This document shows positions 35,810-46,189 of a DNA stretch of 64,000 nucleotides, piece after piece. Origin of the DNA: a bacterium (GTDB taxonomy: Bacteria; Patescibacteriota; Minisyncoccia; Phycocordibacterales; UBA1006); the NCBI GenBank assembly GCA_037144045.1, contig JBAWXN010000004.1:2839-66838 (forward strand). The letters are read 5' to 3'. The notes under the pieces were generated by a model. That model worked only from the letters and a program-made list of their open reading frames with translations, was not told the origin of the DNA and ran no database searches. A program made the translations under genes and the position numbers. Position 1 is the first letter of the stretch. Every line of letters starts with the position of its first letter.

Positions 35810-37615
35810 TTATTTTTTCATCATTTTCAAAAATACTTCATGAGGAATATTCACCTTTCCCTTTCCTCGACTCGCCATTTTTTTCTTTCCTTCTTTTTGT
35901 TTCTCGCGAAGCTTCATTTTTCGCGTAATGTCACCCCCATACATATGCTGGGTAACGTCCTTCATAAACGCTTTAATGGTCTTCGAGGCTAGAATACGTC
36001 CGAGTGCAAATCCTTGAATTTTCATTTCAAACATTTGTCGTGGCATTACTTCGTGAAGTTTTTCTACGGCTGACTCAGCTTCTTCTACTGCACGTCGTCG
36101 AGCAATCACCCGAGTAAAGGCAGGCACCACTTCATCTGCAAGGAGAATGTCGAGACGGGTTACATCTGCTACACGCATTTCTGCAAAATCATACGCAATA
36201 GACGCGTATCCTGAAGTAACTGATTTCAATTCATCAAAGAAGTTGCGCATTAATTCACGAAGCGGCATAAGCACGTTAATTTTGGTTCGTTCATCACCAA
36301 AATTTTCCATGTCTACCACTTCACCTTCATGGTCGTGACACAGCATCGAAAGTCCACCCAAATACGTATTCGGGGTCATAATGTGCAGCAGTACCCACGG
36401 TTCCAATACTTCAGCAACTTCTCCATCATTGGGAAACATATGCGGTGAATAGACAATTTGGTCTTTACCATTTTTAAGTGTTACGTGATACGTAATCGAA
36501 GGCTGTGTTACCACAAGGTCAAGATTATGTTCGCGTCGTAATCGTTCAGTAATAATTTCCAAGTGGAGCATCCCGAGGAATCCACAGCGGAATCCTCGTC
36601 CGAGCGCACCAGACACTTCTTCTTCATAGGAAAATGCAGAATCTGATAATCGCAATCGTGCAAGCGCATGTTTAAGTTCTGGGAAGTGGTCTTGTGATTC
36701 TGGGTATACGGATGCCCATACCACCGGTCGAGGATTTTGATATCCAGGAAGTGCTGGAAGTGGGTTTTTAAACAACGTAATCGTATCACCTACCGATGCA
36801 ATACCCGGCTGTTTAATTCCGGTAACAATGTACCCAATTTCACCTGCCGCTAAATGATCGCGTTCCGTTTTAACGGGTGAAAAAGTTCCGAGAGATAGCG
36901 CAAAGAATTTTTCGTTAGCAATAGCAAACAATAATTGATCACCCTTTTTAATGGTTCCATTTAATACGCGAATATATACAATTACTCCTTGATGGTTTGA
37001 ATATTCAAAATCAAACACGAGCGCACTAAAATCATTTGGCCCTGTATGGGTCACGTGAGGTGCCGGCACGCGTTCAATAACCGCTTTTAATAAATCATCC
37101 ACCCCAGTTCCTGTTCGTCCTGACACTTCGAGTACTGAATCTGGATCGCAATCAAGCACTGAAGCAATTTCTAGTTTCACTTCATCAACTCGTGCGAGCG
37201 GTGAATCTACTTTTGAAACTACAGGAATAATAACGAGTCCTGAGGCTCGTGCCATTTCAAGGGTAGTGAGGGTTTGAGCTTGAACTCCTTGGGTAGCATC
37301 TACTAAGAGAATTGATCCCTCTACCGCTTTAAGCGCCCGAGAAACCTCATACGAGAAGTCGATATGCCCTGGGGTGTCAATGAGGTTCAACACAAAATCA
37401 GACCCGTTATGGGCGTATTTCATGCGTACTGGCTGCATTTTAATCGTAATCCCGCGTTCGCGTTCCAATTCCATAGAATCAAGGACTTGGTCCTGCATTT
37501 TACGTTTTTCGATGGTATGTGTTAATTCGAGCATACGATCTGCAAGGGTTGATTTTCCGTGGTCAATATGAGCAATAATGGAAAAGTTTCTAATTTTTGA
37601 GAGGTCGTGTGCCAT
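35810..37615 (-). CDS. lepA: elongation factor 4 (LepA)
   Basis: AHIDHGKSTL G1 motif and EF-G-like domain order with the LepA-specific C-terminal domain; start at MAHDLSKIRNF. Confidence 0.95.
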   Translation of the reverse strand: MAHDLSKIRNFSIIAHIDHGKSTLADRMLELTHTIEKRKMQDQVLDSMELERERGITIKMQPVRMKYAHNGSDFVLNLIDTPGHIDFSYEVSRALKAVEGSILLVDATQGVQAQTLTTLEMARASGLVIIPVVSKVDSPLARVDEVKLEIASVLDCDPDSVLEVSGRTGTGVDDLLKAVIERVPAPHVTHTGPNDFSALVFDFEYSNHQGVIVYIRVLNGTIKKGDQLLFAIANEKFFALSLGTFSPVKTERDHLAAGEIGYIVTGIKQPGIASVGDTITLFKNPLPALPGYQNPRPVVWASVYPESQDHFPELKHALARLRLSDSAFSYEEEVSGALGRGFRCGFLGMLHLEIITERLRREHNLDLVVTQPSITYHVTLKNGKDQIVYSPHMFPNDGEVAEVLEPWVLLHIMTPNTYLGGLSMLCHDHEGEVVDMENFGDERTKINVLMPLRELMRNFFDELKSVTSGYASIAYDFAEMRVADVTRLDILLADEVVPAFTRVIARRRAVEEAESAVEKLHEVMPRQMFEMKIQGFALGRILASKTIKAFMKDVTQHMYGGDITRKMKLREKQKEGKKKMASRGKGKVNIPHEVFLKMMKK

Positions 37616-37671
37616 AGGTTGTAACCGCATAGTACCATATTTTAGCTATAAAAAAAGCCCTCGTAAGGCTT

Positions 37672-39357
37672 TTACCCTTCAATTTCCTGCACCACATTTG
37701 CTTTCCAGAATTTTTTCTTGAGCGTTGCGATGAATTCATCGATTTCGTGGTTCCGTAACATAACGAGCACGGCAACAAAAATAGAAATTCCAAGCATTCC
37801 TGATAGAAATCCTTGCATAAATATTCCCCAAAACGTGTTTTGCTTAATGAGCAGCACAAAAATATTAAGGGCTCCATAGGTAACCGCACCCATGCAGAGC
37901 GACGCGGTCGCCGTTTGTGCAAAAGTGCGAATAACCGGAAAGAGTTCTGCTTGAGGAAAATCTTTTTTGAAAACCCACCAGAGTGCAAAATAATTAAAAA
38001 TATTTCCAATCGAGTACGCAAGTGGTAGTGCAAGAAGACTGATATCAGCAACTCCATCCAATCGGAGTAAGTCCGACCAAAATGATCCAAACCAGTTACT
38101 GTGACGGAATAACCAAATAAATATAATTGCGAGAATAATCGTTATCACTTCCCCAGCGAAATTCATGATCAATGGTTTTTTAGTATTCCCCATAGCGTAA
38201 TATCCACGCACAAATAAATGAACTAGTGACTGGCACACGAGCCCAAGCATGAGTATCGCAAGTGATGCTGCAGCGAGTTTGGTATCGTTCCATGAAAATG
38301 ATTGTGATCCTAGGATAACGCGCACTACTTGTGCTCGAAGGATAATAAAGAGTACCATAATAGGAACTGACCAAAAAATAATTTTTCGCGTAGCATTCAA
38401 AATATGACTAGCAAACTGACTGTGTTCATTATTTTGAAAAAATTTAACCAGTGTCGGAAACGATGCTACCGAGTATGAAATACCTACAATTCCAATAGGG
38501 ACGTTGAGCATGTTATTAGTAAGGTTAAACAATGAAATTGAACCTGTTGCGAGTGTTGACGCAATCGAAGTAAGGATAAGTGCGGTAAAGCTCGACATAG
38601 ATAGCCCAATCGTACGAGGAATAGATGTTACAACAATCGATTTAATTTCTGAAAATGAAATACGCGTGGTAACTTGAGGAATCAATTTGTGATGTATCAA
38701 CACTGGTATCTGAATTACCAGATGCAATACTGCTCCTAAAATAACACCGTATGCAAGCCCTGTAATACCAAATGTTGGATAGAGTAATACAATTCCTAAA
38801 ATAATTCCTACGTTATAAAACACGGGTGAAAGAGCTGCTACAAAGAATTTTTTAAACATCTGAGTCACACTTGAAATCATGTTCGATACACCAACAATAA
38901 TTGGCTGGAGTAACATGATTCGCGATAGTCCAACTAGAGTACTTAATTCAGACGCAGAAAATCCAGGAGCAACTAATTTTGCAAGCCACGGCATTGCAAT
39001 AAACAATATCACACTCAGGAGTACCAAAAACCCAAGGAGTACGGTAAAAATTTGATTCAGAAACTGCTGAGCATTGTCTCGCCCTTGCGCATCGCCTTCG
39101 CCATATTTTTGAGTAAGGTATGGCAGCAATACGGTAATCGCCGCAAGTGTTGCAACAGAAACGTACAGAAAGTCAGGGATTTTGAAAGCTGCATAATACA
39201 AATCAAGGTGTGCGCCAGCACCAAGGTATGTCGCAAGAAGTCGATCACGAACAAGTCCTAATAATTGTGAAACAAACGTAAACAGCCCCAAAAGGAGGGC
39301 TGCTTCGTTAATCCCGTGTGATTGTCTATTAAGCAATTTAAAAAATCGAGAAACCAT
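37672..39357 (-). CDS. murJ: lipid II flippase MurJ (MviN family)
   Basis: 561 aa, 14-TM MOP-superfamily profile with a typical MurJ N-terminus (LLGLVRDRLLATYLGAG). Confidence 0.8.
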   Translation of the reverse strand: MVSRFFKLLNRQSHGINEAALLLGLFTFVSQLLGLVRDRLLATYLGAGAHLDLYYAAFKIPDFLYVSVATLAAITVLLPYLTQKYGEGDAQGRDNAQQFLNQIFTVLLGFLVLLSVILFIAMPWLAKLVAPGFSASELSTLVGLSRIMLLQPIIVGVSNMISSVTQMFKKFFVAALSPVFYNVGIILGIVLLYPTFGITGLAYGVILGAVLHLVIQIPVLIHHKLIPQVTTRISFSEIKSIVVTSIPRTIGLSMSSFTALILTSIASTLATGSISLFNLTNNMLNVPIGIVGISYSVASFPTLVKFFQNNEHSQFASHILNATRKIIFWSVPIMVLFIILRAQVVRVILGSQSFSWNDTKLAAASLAILMLGLVCQSLVHLFVRGYYAMGNTKKPLIMNFAGEVITIILAIIFIWLFRHSNWFGSFWSDLLRLDGVADISLLALPLAYSIGNIFNYFALWWVFKKDFPQAELFPVIRTFAQTATASLCMGAVTYGALNIFVLLIKQNTFWGIFMQGFLSGMLGISIFVAVLVMLRNHEIDEFIATLKKKFWKANVVQEIEG

Positions 39358-39372
39358 GTGGGTACTATTTTA

Positions 39373-41661
39373 TTATTTTTTTACCTTTGGTGCAACAGGT
39401 GTTTTAACGGGTGTTTTTACCGGTGCAGCTGCAGGGACAGTGCCAGCAGCATCAGGTTGAGTAACCGTCATATTTTGAGAAAATGATGACTTAATTTGAT
39501 TGATTGCTGCGTCCCCATCAGAGAACTGCTTTCTAATAAGGTCATAGATCCTATTGGCATTATCAATGTCACCTGACTTTTCATAGGCCACTCCAAGATA
39601 TACGTACAGCGGAGCATTGCCTTGATCCATAAGGATGGCTTGTTTTAATGAGGTAACTACATCACTCCATTTCTGTTGACCAATTTGTACTTGAGCTCGG
39701 AGCAAATACGCATCACGAGTTGGGAATAAATCAATTGAGTCTTGAATACTCTTGTAAGCACCTGCCGTGTCTTTATTAGCGAGTGCTAAATTAGCAAAAC
39801 TTAAATACATAGAAGCATCCGTCGGATTACGCTTTTGTGCTTCAGTATAGGCATCTTTTGCAAGTGATACCGCGTCACTTACCCCGAGAGTAACTGCTGC
39901 TCGATACACATTTCCGAGGAGTATCCAATTTTTATAACTCAACGGATTTTGTGTTGTAGCTGCTTTAGCGTGGCCTAATGCAATACCAAGTACTTGTTCT
40001 GCTTGTTTAGAAATAACTTGTTTATTTGAATCAGTAAGTCCTGCAAGAAGTTTCGCCGTATCACTGAGCGCAAGCTGTGCAAGTTGTGTATGGTACACAT
40101 CATGTGACGCATATGCATTTGCTAAATTAATTTCGCCGGCTGCCCCTGCAAGATCACCCTGCGACATCAAGAGAACTCCTCGTGTATCATGAACAAATGA
40201 TGCGAGTTTACGTACGATAATATAACCACCGAGAAGGGTTGCAATAATAATTACTGTTACTCCAAGGATTCCAAAGAAACTTGCTCGCGGGTCTTTAATA
40301 AATGAAAATGTTGTCTCGTGTTTTGGTAGGAAGACTCCAACGAATGCTCCGACAGAAACTGCCCAAAGGATAAGCGCGTACGTCCCCGGAACTGAAACCC
40401 ATGCAATAAATGACAGGAAGAAAATAATCGCACTTAATGAAATAACAAAATAACGATCAAGACTATGTTCAAATCCTTGCCCAAGTCGTTTCAAAATAGT
40501 GTAGGCAAGTACTGCAAAAAATACAATCCATAGGAGTGCCCCGAGTAATCCTGATGTTGCAATAAGACTTGTGAAATAGCTGTACCCTACTGAAAAATCA
40601 GCGTCAGCAAGTGCATTTCCCGAAACAGCTGGCGGTTTAGACAACGCCCATCCCAGCGCAAACGAATTTGGACCATACCCAGTAACGAAATTATGTCCAA
40701 GTGTTTTTTGTGCTACATGAACGGTTGTAGTAAACGATGGTCGTACATCATTCCAAGTAATGTTTTGGTGCTTACCGGCAAACGCATTAAAAAATCCACC
40801 GAAAAATATTCCTACGAGGGACACTATGAATAATGTAAGTACATACCACGGTACGCGTTTTTCTTTTTTATAGATTTTACTTTCAGCATCCCAATACGCA
40901 AATGCAAATAAGTACAAAATTAACAAGAGACTGATAAAACCGAGAACCGTCCAAACGATATTCATATTCATGAACAGTAGGAATGCACCTGAAACAAGCC
41001 CAATCACCATAACCACCCATTTTGCAAATCGAGTAAGCCCCGCTAATTGTAGTGTGGTAACACTAATAAGTAGTACTACCCCTGCAAAAATACCTAAATC
41101 GCTCCAAGAGCCTACTAACGTTGATGTAGTAGATCCGAGTACTCCCAGGTTCGCTGTTGCAGGACCTGCAACAAACCGGATAATCTGAATCACCGCTGTA
41201 ACGATAAATGCAAGAAATAATCCTCCGTAAATAATACCAATACGGTCATAACTTTTAATTGTTTTGTACGCCAAAACCGCCATAAGTCCAAGTGACGTTA
41301 TGAATAACCATGTTGTTGTTTCAAATCCATATCCCCAAAATGCCATTGAAAAACTAGGCGAAAATACTGCCCCGATTAATGCCGCAAGTGAAATTCCACC
41401 TAATAGGAAAAACAGTACATGTTTTGAAAATGTAATACTCCCCCGTTTTAGTACCGTAATACCTGCTACAAGTAATGCAATCACGGTAATAATTGCTGCG
41501 AAGTAACCTTTACTTGCTGTAACACTCATCGCACGTACTGGGAAGAAAAACAGTGGTCCCAAAACAACAATAATTACAATAATAATGTATGACAATGCAT
41601 TACTTGATTGAGCAATCATTGTCGAAAGTTTTTTAAATGGTTGAGTTATAAATTTGATCAT
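39373..41661 (-). CDS. large polytopic membrane protein with C-terminal TPR repeats (O-antigen-ligase-like domain suspected)
   Basis: 762 aa; more than 10 TM helices then TPR-like repeats (YVYLGVAYEKSGDIDNA) and a PVKTPVKTPV tail. Confidence 0.5.
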   Translation of the reverse strand: MIKFITQPFKKLSTMIAQSSNALSYIIIVIIVVLGPLFFFPVRAMSVTASKGYFAAIITVIALLVAGITVLKRGSITFSKHVLFFLLGGISLAALIGAVFSPSFSMAFWGYGFETTTWLFITSLGLMAVLAYKTIKSYDRIGIIYGGLFLAFIVTAVIQIIRFVAGPATANLGVLGSTTSTLVGSWSDLGIFAGVVLLISVTTLQLAGLTRFAKWVVMVIGLVSGAFLLFMNMNIVWTVLGFISLLLILYLFAFAYWDAESKIYKKEKRVPWYVLTLFIVSLVGIFFGGFFNAFAGKHQNITWNDVRPSFTTTVHVAQKTLGHNFVTGYGPNSFALGWALSKPPAVSGNALADADFSVGYSYFTSLIATSGLLGALLWIVFFAVLAYTILKRLGQGFEHSLDRYFVISLSAIIFFLSFIAWVSVPGTYALILWAVSVGAFVGVFLPKHETTFSFIKDPRASFFGILGVTVIIIATLLGGYIIVRKLASFVHDTRGVLLMSQGDLAGAAGEINLANAYASHDVYHTQLAQLALSDTAKLLAGLTDSNKQVISKQAEQVLGIALGHAKAATTQNPLSYKNWILLGNVYRAAVTLGVSDAVSLAKDAYTEAQKRNPTDASMYLSFANLALANKDTAGAYKSIQDSIDLFPTRDAYLLRAQVQIGQQKWSDVVTSLKQAILMDQGNAPLYVYLGVAYEKSGDIDNANRIYDLIRKQFSDGDAAINQIKSSFSQNMTVTQPDAAGTVPAAAPVKTPVKTPVAPKVKK

Positions 41662-41684
41662 ACTAAATGTAAGTATACTGTTTT

Positions 41685-44519
41685 TTAAATAACAATGCTA
41701 ATGATTTTTTTGGGGATAAAAATAAATTTCTTTACTTCTTTACCATCGATCCATTTTTGAACTTCAGGAATTGCGAGTACTTGTTCACGGACCGTAGATT
41801 CTGTCGCGTCAACGGCGAGAGTGATTTCTGCACGGACCTTTCCATTTACTTGAACCCCAAGAGTCACAGTATCATCAACAACTAGTGCTTCATTATAGGT
41901 TGGCCATGCGGTTACGTGAATTGATTCTTGTTCATCGAGAGTATTCCAGAGTTCTTCAGTCATATGCGGTGCAAATGACGCAAGAAGTTTCAAAAACATC
42001 TTCCAGTCGTCTTTATGAATCGTAGATTGCTTATCAAACTCGTTCATGAAAATCATCATAGCGGAAATTGCCGTGTTGAAACTAAATTTTTCGATATCTT
42101 CTGAAACTTTTTTGACGGTTTTGTGAAGTGTTCGCACTAACGATTCTTCGGTAGGTTGAGTGCCAACTTTTTCCTGGGCCGCCCAAACACGCTCCAAAAA
42201 TCTACGCACTCCTACTACCCCGTTTGGATCCCACGGAAAACTTGCAACGGTTCCGTACGGTCCCATGAATGCTAAATACATACGCACAGTGTCAGCCCCT
42301 AATCGATTAACAATTGCGTCAGGATCAATAACATTTCCTTTTGATTTAGACATTTTTTCACCATCTGGGCCAAGGATAAGTCCTCGATTACGACGAATCA
42401 CATACGCTTCGTTATGATCTACTAATCCTAGATCGTGTAACGCCTTCACCCAAAATCGTGAATACAGTAAGTGCATCGTGGTGTGTTCTGCCCCGCCCAT
42501 GTACAGATCAATAGGCATCCATGATTTAATTTTTTCTGGGTCAGCAAATACACCATCGTTGTTATTATCTAAATAGCGATAGAAATACCATGATGAATCG
42601 ACGAACGTATCCATGGTTTCTACTTCGGGTCGCCATCCAGCACCAAATATTTTTTCTGTACGTTCAACAAGCTCCTTGCTGCGCGCAAGAGGAGATGTTC
42701 CGTCTGGAGTATGATCAACATCAGTTGGTAATAACCATGGCAAATGTTCAACTGGAATCGGATGTGCCTTACCTGCTGGGTCATAGACAATAGGAATCGG
42801 AACCCCCCAATAGCGCTGCCGTGAAATTCCCCAATCGCGCAATCGATAGGTTTTTACGAGTTTCCCACCAACAAATTCAGTTATTTTTTTCTTTGCTTCT
42901 TCTGAATCAAGACCAGTGAACACTCCAGAATAAATCAGCGATCCTGGTTCAACAAATGCAAAATCATGCCCATCCCATCGTGACAGCCAATCATTTAATT
43001 CTGCATGAACAATACGCGGATATACCAACTCCGATTTTGGAAGCCAGAGAAATTCATGCTTTCCTTCTTCTTCTGCCAATAGTGGAACGCGTGTCTCATC
43101 AACTAAATCAAACATTACTCCGTGCGTATAGGCGACCCTGTTTTCATCTTTATGGGCAGCAAAATACTCAGCACGAACAGGCCCTCCTAATATTTTTACA
43201 AATTTAAGATTGATATAACCCGTCTCTTCACGAATTTCACGCTCAATCGTTTCAATAATACCTTCACCTGATTCCCTGCCGCCCATAGGAAACGTGGTCC
43301 ATTTGAATTCTTTCGAATACATGCATAAATACGTATCTGTTTTGGGATTTCTCACAATAGCTTGTACATTCCATCGCTCCTGACTCTTCTTTCCAGGCAC
43401 TGGCGGATTTTTCACATCTATACGATTAGGAATAACCACTTCTTTTATTGGTAACTGATATTTTTTAGCAAACTCAAAATCGCGTTCGTCATGAGCAGGC
43501 ACCGCCATCACCGCTCCAGTTCCGTATCCTGCCAACACATAGTCTGCAATCCATACAGGAACAGATTCATCATTTACAGGATTAACTGCAGTTACCCCTT
43601 TGAGTTCAACACCTGTTTTTTCTTTGCTTTGTTGACGATCGAGTTCTGATTTTTTATTTGCACCTTGAACATACGCATCAATTTCTGATTCGTTTACAAG
43701 TCCCTTCTTTAATTCTGCAACCAATTCATGTTCTGGCGCAAGTACTACATAGGTAACCCCAAACAAGGTATCAGCACGCGTGGTGAATACTTTAATCTTC
43801 TTTTCAGATCCTGAAATAGGAAATTCAATTTCTGATCCTTCAGATCGCCCGATCCAATTTTTCTGTGACTGCTTGATAGCATGTGGCCAATCAAGCGGAT
43901 CCAGGTCATCAATTAATCGATCTGCATATTTTGTAATACGCAACATCCATTGTTCTTGATTTTTCTGAACCACTTCCGTTCCACATCGTTCACATTTTCC
44001 ATCGGTTACTTGTTCATTTGCAAGAATAGTTTGGTCTTTCGGGCACCAGTTTACTGATGTAACATCACGATACACGAGATCCTTTTTCAAGAACTCGTTA
44101 AACATCCACTGGGTCCATTTGTAATATTTCGGGTCACACGAAACTACTTCCCGATCCCAATCAAACATCGCCCCCATTGATCGCAATTGATCACGCATGG
44201 TTTCCATGTGTTTATAGGTCCATGTCTTTGGGTCTTCACCAAGTTTAATAGCCGCATTTTCTGCAGGTAATCCGAACGCATCAAATCCCATCGGGTAGAG
44301 CACATTAAATCCCTTCATGCGTTTGTAGCGCGCAAAAATATCCGGCACCGCAAATGCATACCAGTGTCCCACATGGAGGTTTCCTGATGGATAACTAAAT
44401 TCTACTAAGGTGTAGTAGTTTTCTTTCCCAAGGACTGAATCAGACACTTTGTAGATGCCTTGTTTGTCCCATTCCTGCTGCCATTTTTTCTCGATATCTT
44501 TGTGATCATAGGGTTTCAT
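41685..44519 (-). CDS. leuS: leucine--tRNA ligase carrying an inserted NUDIX hydrolase domain
   Basis: 944 aa; HVGHW (HIGH), TTRADT editing motif, AVPAHDERDFEF, YRLRDWGISRQRYWG, KMSKSKGN; residues about 365-525 carry a full Nudix box GGRESGEGIIETIEREIREETGY. Confidence 0.9.
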   Translation of the reverse strand: MKPYDHKDIEKKWQQEWDKQGIYKVSDSVLGKENYYTLVEFSYPSGNLHVGHWYAFAVPDIFARYKRMKGFNVLYPMGFDAFGLPAENAAIKLGEDPKTWTYKHMETMRDQLRSMGAMFDWDREVVSCDPKYYKWTQWMFNEFLKKDLVYRDVTSVNWCPKDQTILANEQVTDGKCERCGTEVVQKNQEQWMLRITKYADRLIDDLDPLDWPHAIKQSQKNWIGRSEGSEIEFPISGSEKKIKVFTTRADTLFGVTYVVLAPEHELVAELKKGLVNESEIDAYVQGANKKSELDRQQSKEKTGVELKGVTAVNPVNDESVPVWIADYVLAGYGTGAVMAVPAHDERDFEFAKKYQLPIKEVVIPNRIDVKNPPVPGKKSQERWNVQAIVRNPKTDTYLCMYSKEFKWTTFPMGGRESGEGIIETIEREIREETGYINLKFVKILGGPVRAEYFAAHKDENRVAYTHGVMFDLVDETRVPLLAEEEGKHEFLWLPKSELVYPRIVHAELNDWLSRWDGHDFAFVEPGSLIYSGVFTGLDSEEAKKKITEFVGGKLVKTYRLRDWGISRQRYWGVPIPIVYDPAGKAHPIPVEHLPWLLPTDVDHTPDGTSPLARSKELVERTEKIFGAGWRPEVETMDTFVDSSWYFYRYLDNNNDGVFADPEKIKSWMPIDLYMGGAEHTTMHLLYSRFWVKALHDLGLVDHNEAYVIRRNRGLILGPDGEKMSKSKGNVIDPDAIVNRLGADTVRMYLAFMGPYGTVASFPWDPNGVVGVRRFLERVWAAQEKVGTQPTEESLVRTLHKTVKKVSEDIEKFSFNTAISAMMIFMNEFDKQSTIHKDDWKMFLKLLASFAPHMTEELWNTLDEQESIHVTAWPTYNEALVVDDTVTLGVQVNGKVRAEITLAVDATESTVREQVLAIPEVQKWIDGKEVKKFIFIPKKIISIVI

Positions 44520-44543
44520 AAGTCCTCTGACTATATCAAAAAA

Positions 44544-44561
44544 CCCTCAAAAAATCGAGGG
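44544..44561 (-). terminator. rho-independent terminator; copy 1 of a thrice-repeated hairpin
   Basis: ccctcaaaaaatcgaggg with a T-run on minus; near-identical copies at 44896-44913 and 46170-46187. Confidence 0.55.
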
Positions 44562-44568
44562 TTTGGGA

Positions 44569-44883
44569 TTATGCTTCTGCATGATCTCGTGTTTGAAGTA
44601 TAAAAGCAACATAGGATTTTACATCACCTATTTTTTTCAATGAGTATGCATGTGTTGGTGCAATAAGTTCAGGATCCTCATCTTTTTCCACCATTTGCAT
44701 AGCGTAATCAATTTTCGCTTCATCTAGAAGATTTTTAAAGTCTTTACCCAACCTTCCTCCTGGATAAAGAAGTATTGGTATCTGTGTATGGCTCATATAT
44801 TGTATTTCCCATAAGAGTATCATACCGATTCTTAAAATCAAAGATGTTTCGTGCATCCAAGGATTATTCTTGAAATTTCTCAT
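44569..44883 (-). CDS. hypothetical protein
   Basis: 104 aa ORF (possibly starting at the internal MSHTQ); no motif recognised. Confidence 0.4.
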   Translation of the reverse strand: MRNFKNNPWMHETSLILRIGMILLWEIQYMSHTQIPILLYPGGRLGKDFKNLLDEAKIDYAMQMVEKDEDPELIAPTHAYSLKKIGDVKSYVAFILQTRDHAEA

Positions 44884-44895
44884 TGATTAATAAAA

Positions 44896-44913
44896 CCCTC
44901 GAAAAATCGAGGG
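44896..44913 (-). terminator. rho-independent terminator; copy 2 of the repeated hairpin
   Basis: ccctcgaaaaatcgaggg. Confidence 0.55.
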
Positions 44914-44920
44914 TTCAGAA

Positions 44921-45235
44921 TTAAAGAGTATATCGAGACTCGTCATTAACTTTTAACTTCGAAAGTACGGGATTAGGGACGTTTTCCATTACTTTGACTG
45001 TCTCAGAATCACTATCAATTTTTTTAATACACTCTGCAATCTTGTCAAAATTTTCCTGCTCTTGTTCTTCTGAAATAAGCGCAAACCTTACACAGGTAGT
45101 TAGTGTTTCATCGTTTTCAATCAGGAGGTTAATGTTATTTTCAAGGGCAAACTTTCTAAGTCTCCCTCGAAACATTACTCCTTGTAGATTATTTACCGAT
45201 TTAATTTCATAAATGTCCCATTTTAAAATATTCAT
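44921..45235 (-). CDS. acylphosphatase-like domain protein
   Basis: DIYEIKSVNNLQGVMFRGRLRKFA...LIENDET parallels the acylphosphatase signature VxGxVQGVxFR...N. Confidence 0.45.
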   Translation of the reverse strand: MNILKWDIYEIKSVNNLQGVMFRGRLRKFALENNINLLIENDETLTTCVRFALISEEQEQENFDKIAECIKKIDSDSETVKVMENVPNPVLSKLKVNDESRYTL

Positions 45236-45237
45236 AA

Positions 45238-45723
45238 TTAAAATTTATTTACTATTGAAATATCTTGTTTTAAAATTACATCCCCTTCTCCGAATATAAA
45301 TTCGCCTTTAACTAATTTCCCCTCGATTACCTGCGGCAACCAAAACTTGTCATCAGGCCACATACTATCAAACGGCATGTTTTCTATAGTATACCAAAAA
45401 GGCTTCATTTCCTCTGATTCAATAGGTGTGTCTAACCATTTTTCCGTAATGTATACATGCACTAACTGATCAAAGTCAGGTCGATGTGGAAAGTAAAAAG
45501 AAAGTTCTGCGACTTTTAATAAGTCATCTTTTTCAACACTAACACCAATCTCTTCGCTGGATTCACGAATTACAGCATCTTCAACCGTCTCACCTATGGC
45601 AAGTTTCCCACCAACCCCATTCCATCGCCCAACTCCAAAACCTCTTTTTTTCATCGCAAGGAGAATTTCGACTATCTTAGCATCTTGTTTTTTAACCAAA
45701 AAAAGTAACGTAGTATTTCGCAT
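45238..45723 (-). CDS. NUDIX hydrolase (MutT-like)
   Basis: Nudix box GGKLAIGETVEDAVIRESSEEIGV; probable start at MRNTTLLF. Confidence 0.7.
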   Translation of the reverse strand: MRNTTLLFLVKKQDAKIVEILLAMKKRGFGVGRWNGVGGKLAIGETVEDAVIRESSEEIGVSVEKDDLLKVAELSFYFPHRPDFDQLVHVYITEKWLDTPIESEEMKPFWYTIENMPFDSMWPDDKFWLPQVIEGKLVKGEFIFGEGDVILKQDISIVNKF

Positions 45724-45733
45724 ATAATTACTA

Positions 45734-46144
45734 TTATAAAATAATGTGACCATCATCACCTATCGGTCGTTTTTCAATGTTTTCTTCTGTAAAAGGAATG
45801 TCCTTAGCGTAATCAGGTATATAAGAAGGAGTTATTTTGTCATCATGATTATCAGTAGTACGATTCGTCTTCGAACGCTTACGTCGCAGCGCACGCGCCT
45901 CATACCAATACATAGCCATTTGTAAATGTTTTATAGCTTCTTCTGTTTCTTTACACGGCAGAACATTATTTAAATATTTCGTTCTGTCGATTAAAGCGCG
46001 TAACACCTCTTGTGTTTGTAACCCAGGCCATTCTTTTGCGTAATTAACTGCCCCGCCTGAGCGTTTAATAAATTTTAACACTTGAACTTCACTGTCGCCC
46101 AACTGCCTTAATTCGTAGATATGACCCGGGTCGATTATTTTCAT
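45734..46144 (-). CDS. hypothetical protein
   Basis: 136 aa ORF with a basic central region; no motif recognised. Confidence 0.4.
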   Translation of the reverse strand: MKIIDPGHIYELRQLGDSEVQVLKFIKRSGGAVNYAKEWPGLQTQEVLRALIDRTKYLNNVLPCKETEEAIKHLQMAMYWYEARALRRKRSKTNRTTDNHDDKITPSYIPDYAKDIPFTEENIEKRPIGDDGHIIL

Positions 46145-46169
46145 ATACTTATTATACCATAAGAAAAAA

Positions 46170-46187
46170 CCCTCAAAAAATCGAGGG
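46170..46187 (-). terminator. rho-independent terminator; copy 3 of the repeated hairpin
   Basis: ccctcaaaaaatcgaggg immediately after the TrmH-family gene stop. Confidence 0.55.
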
Positions 46188-46189
46188 TT

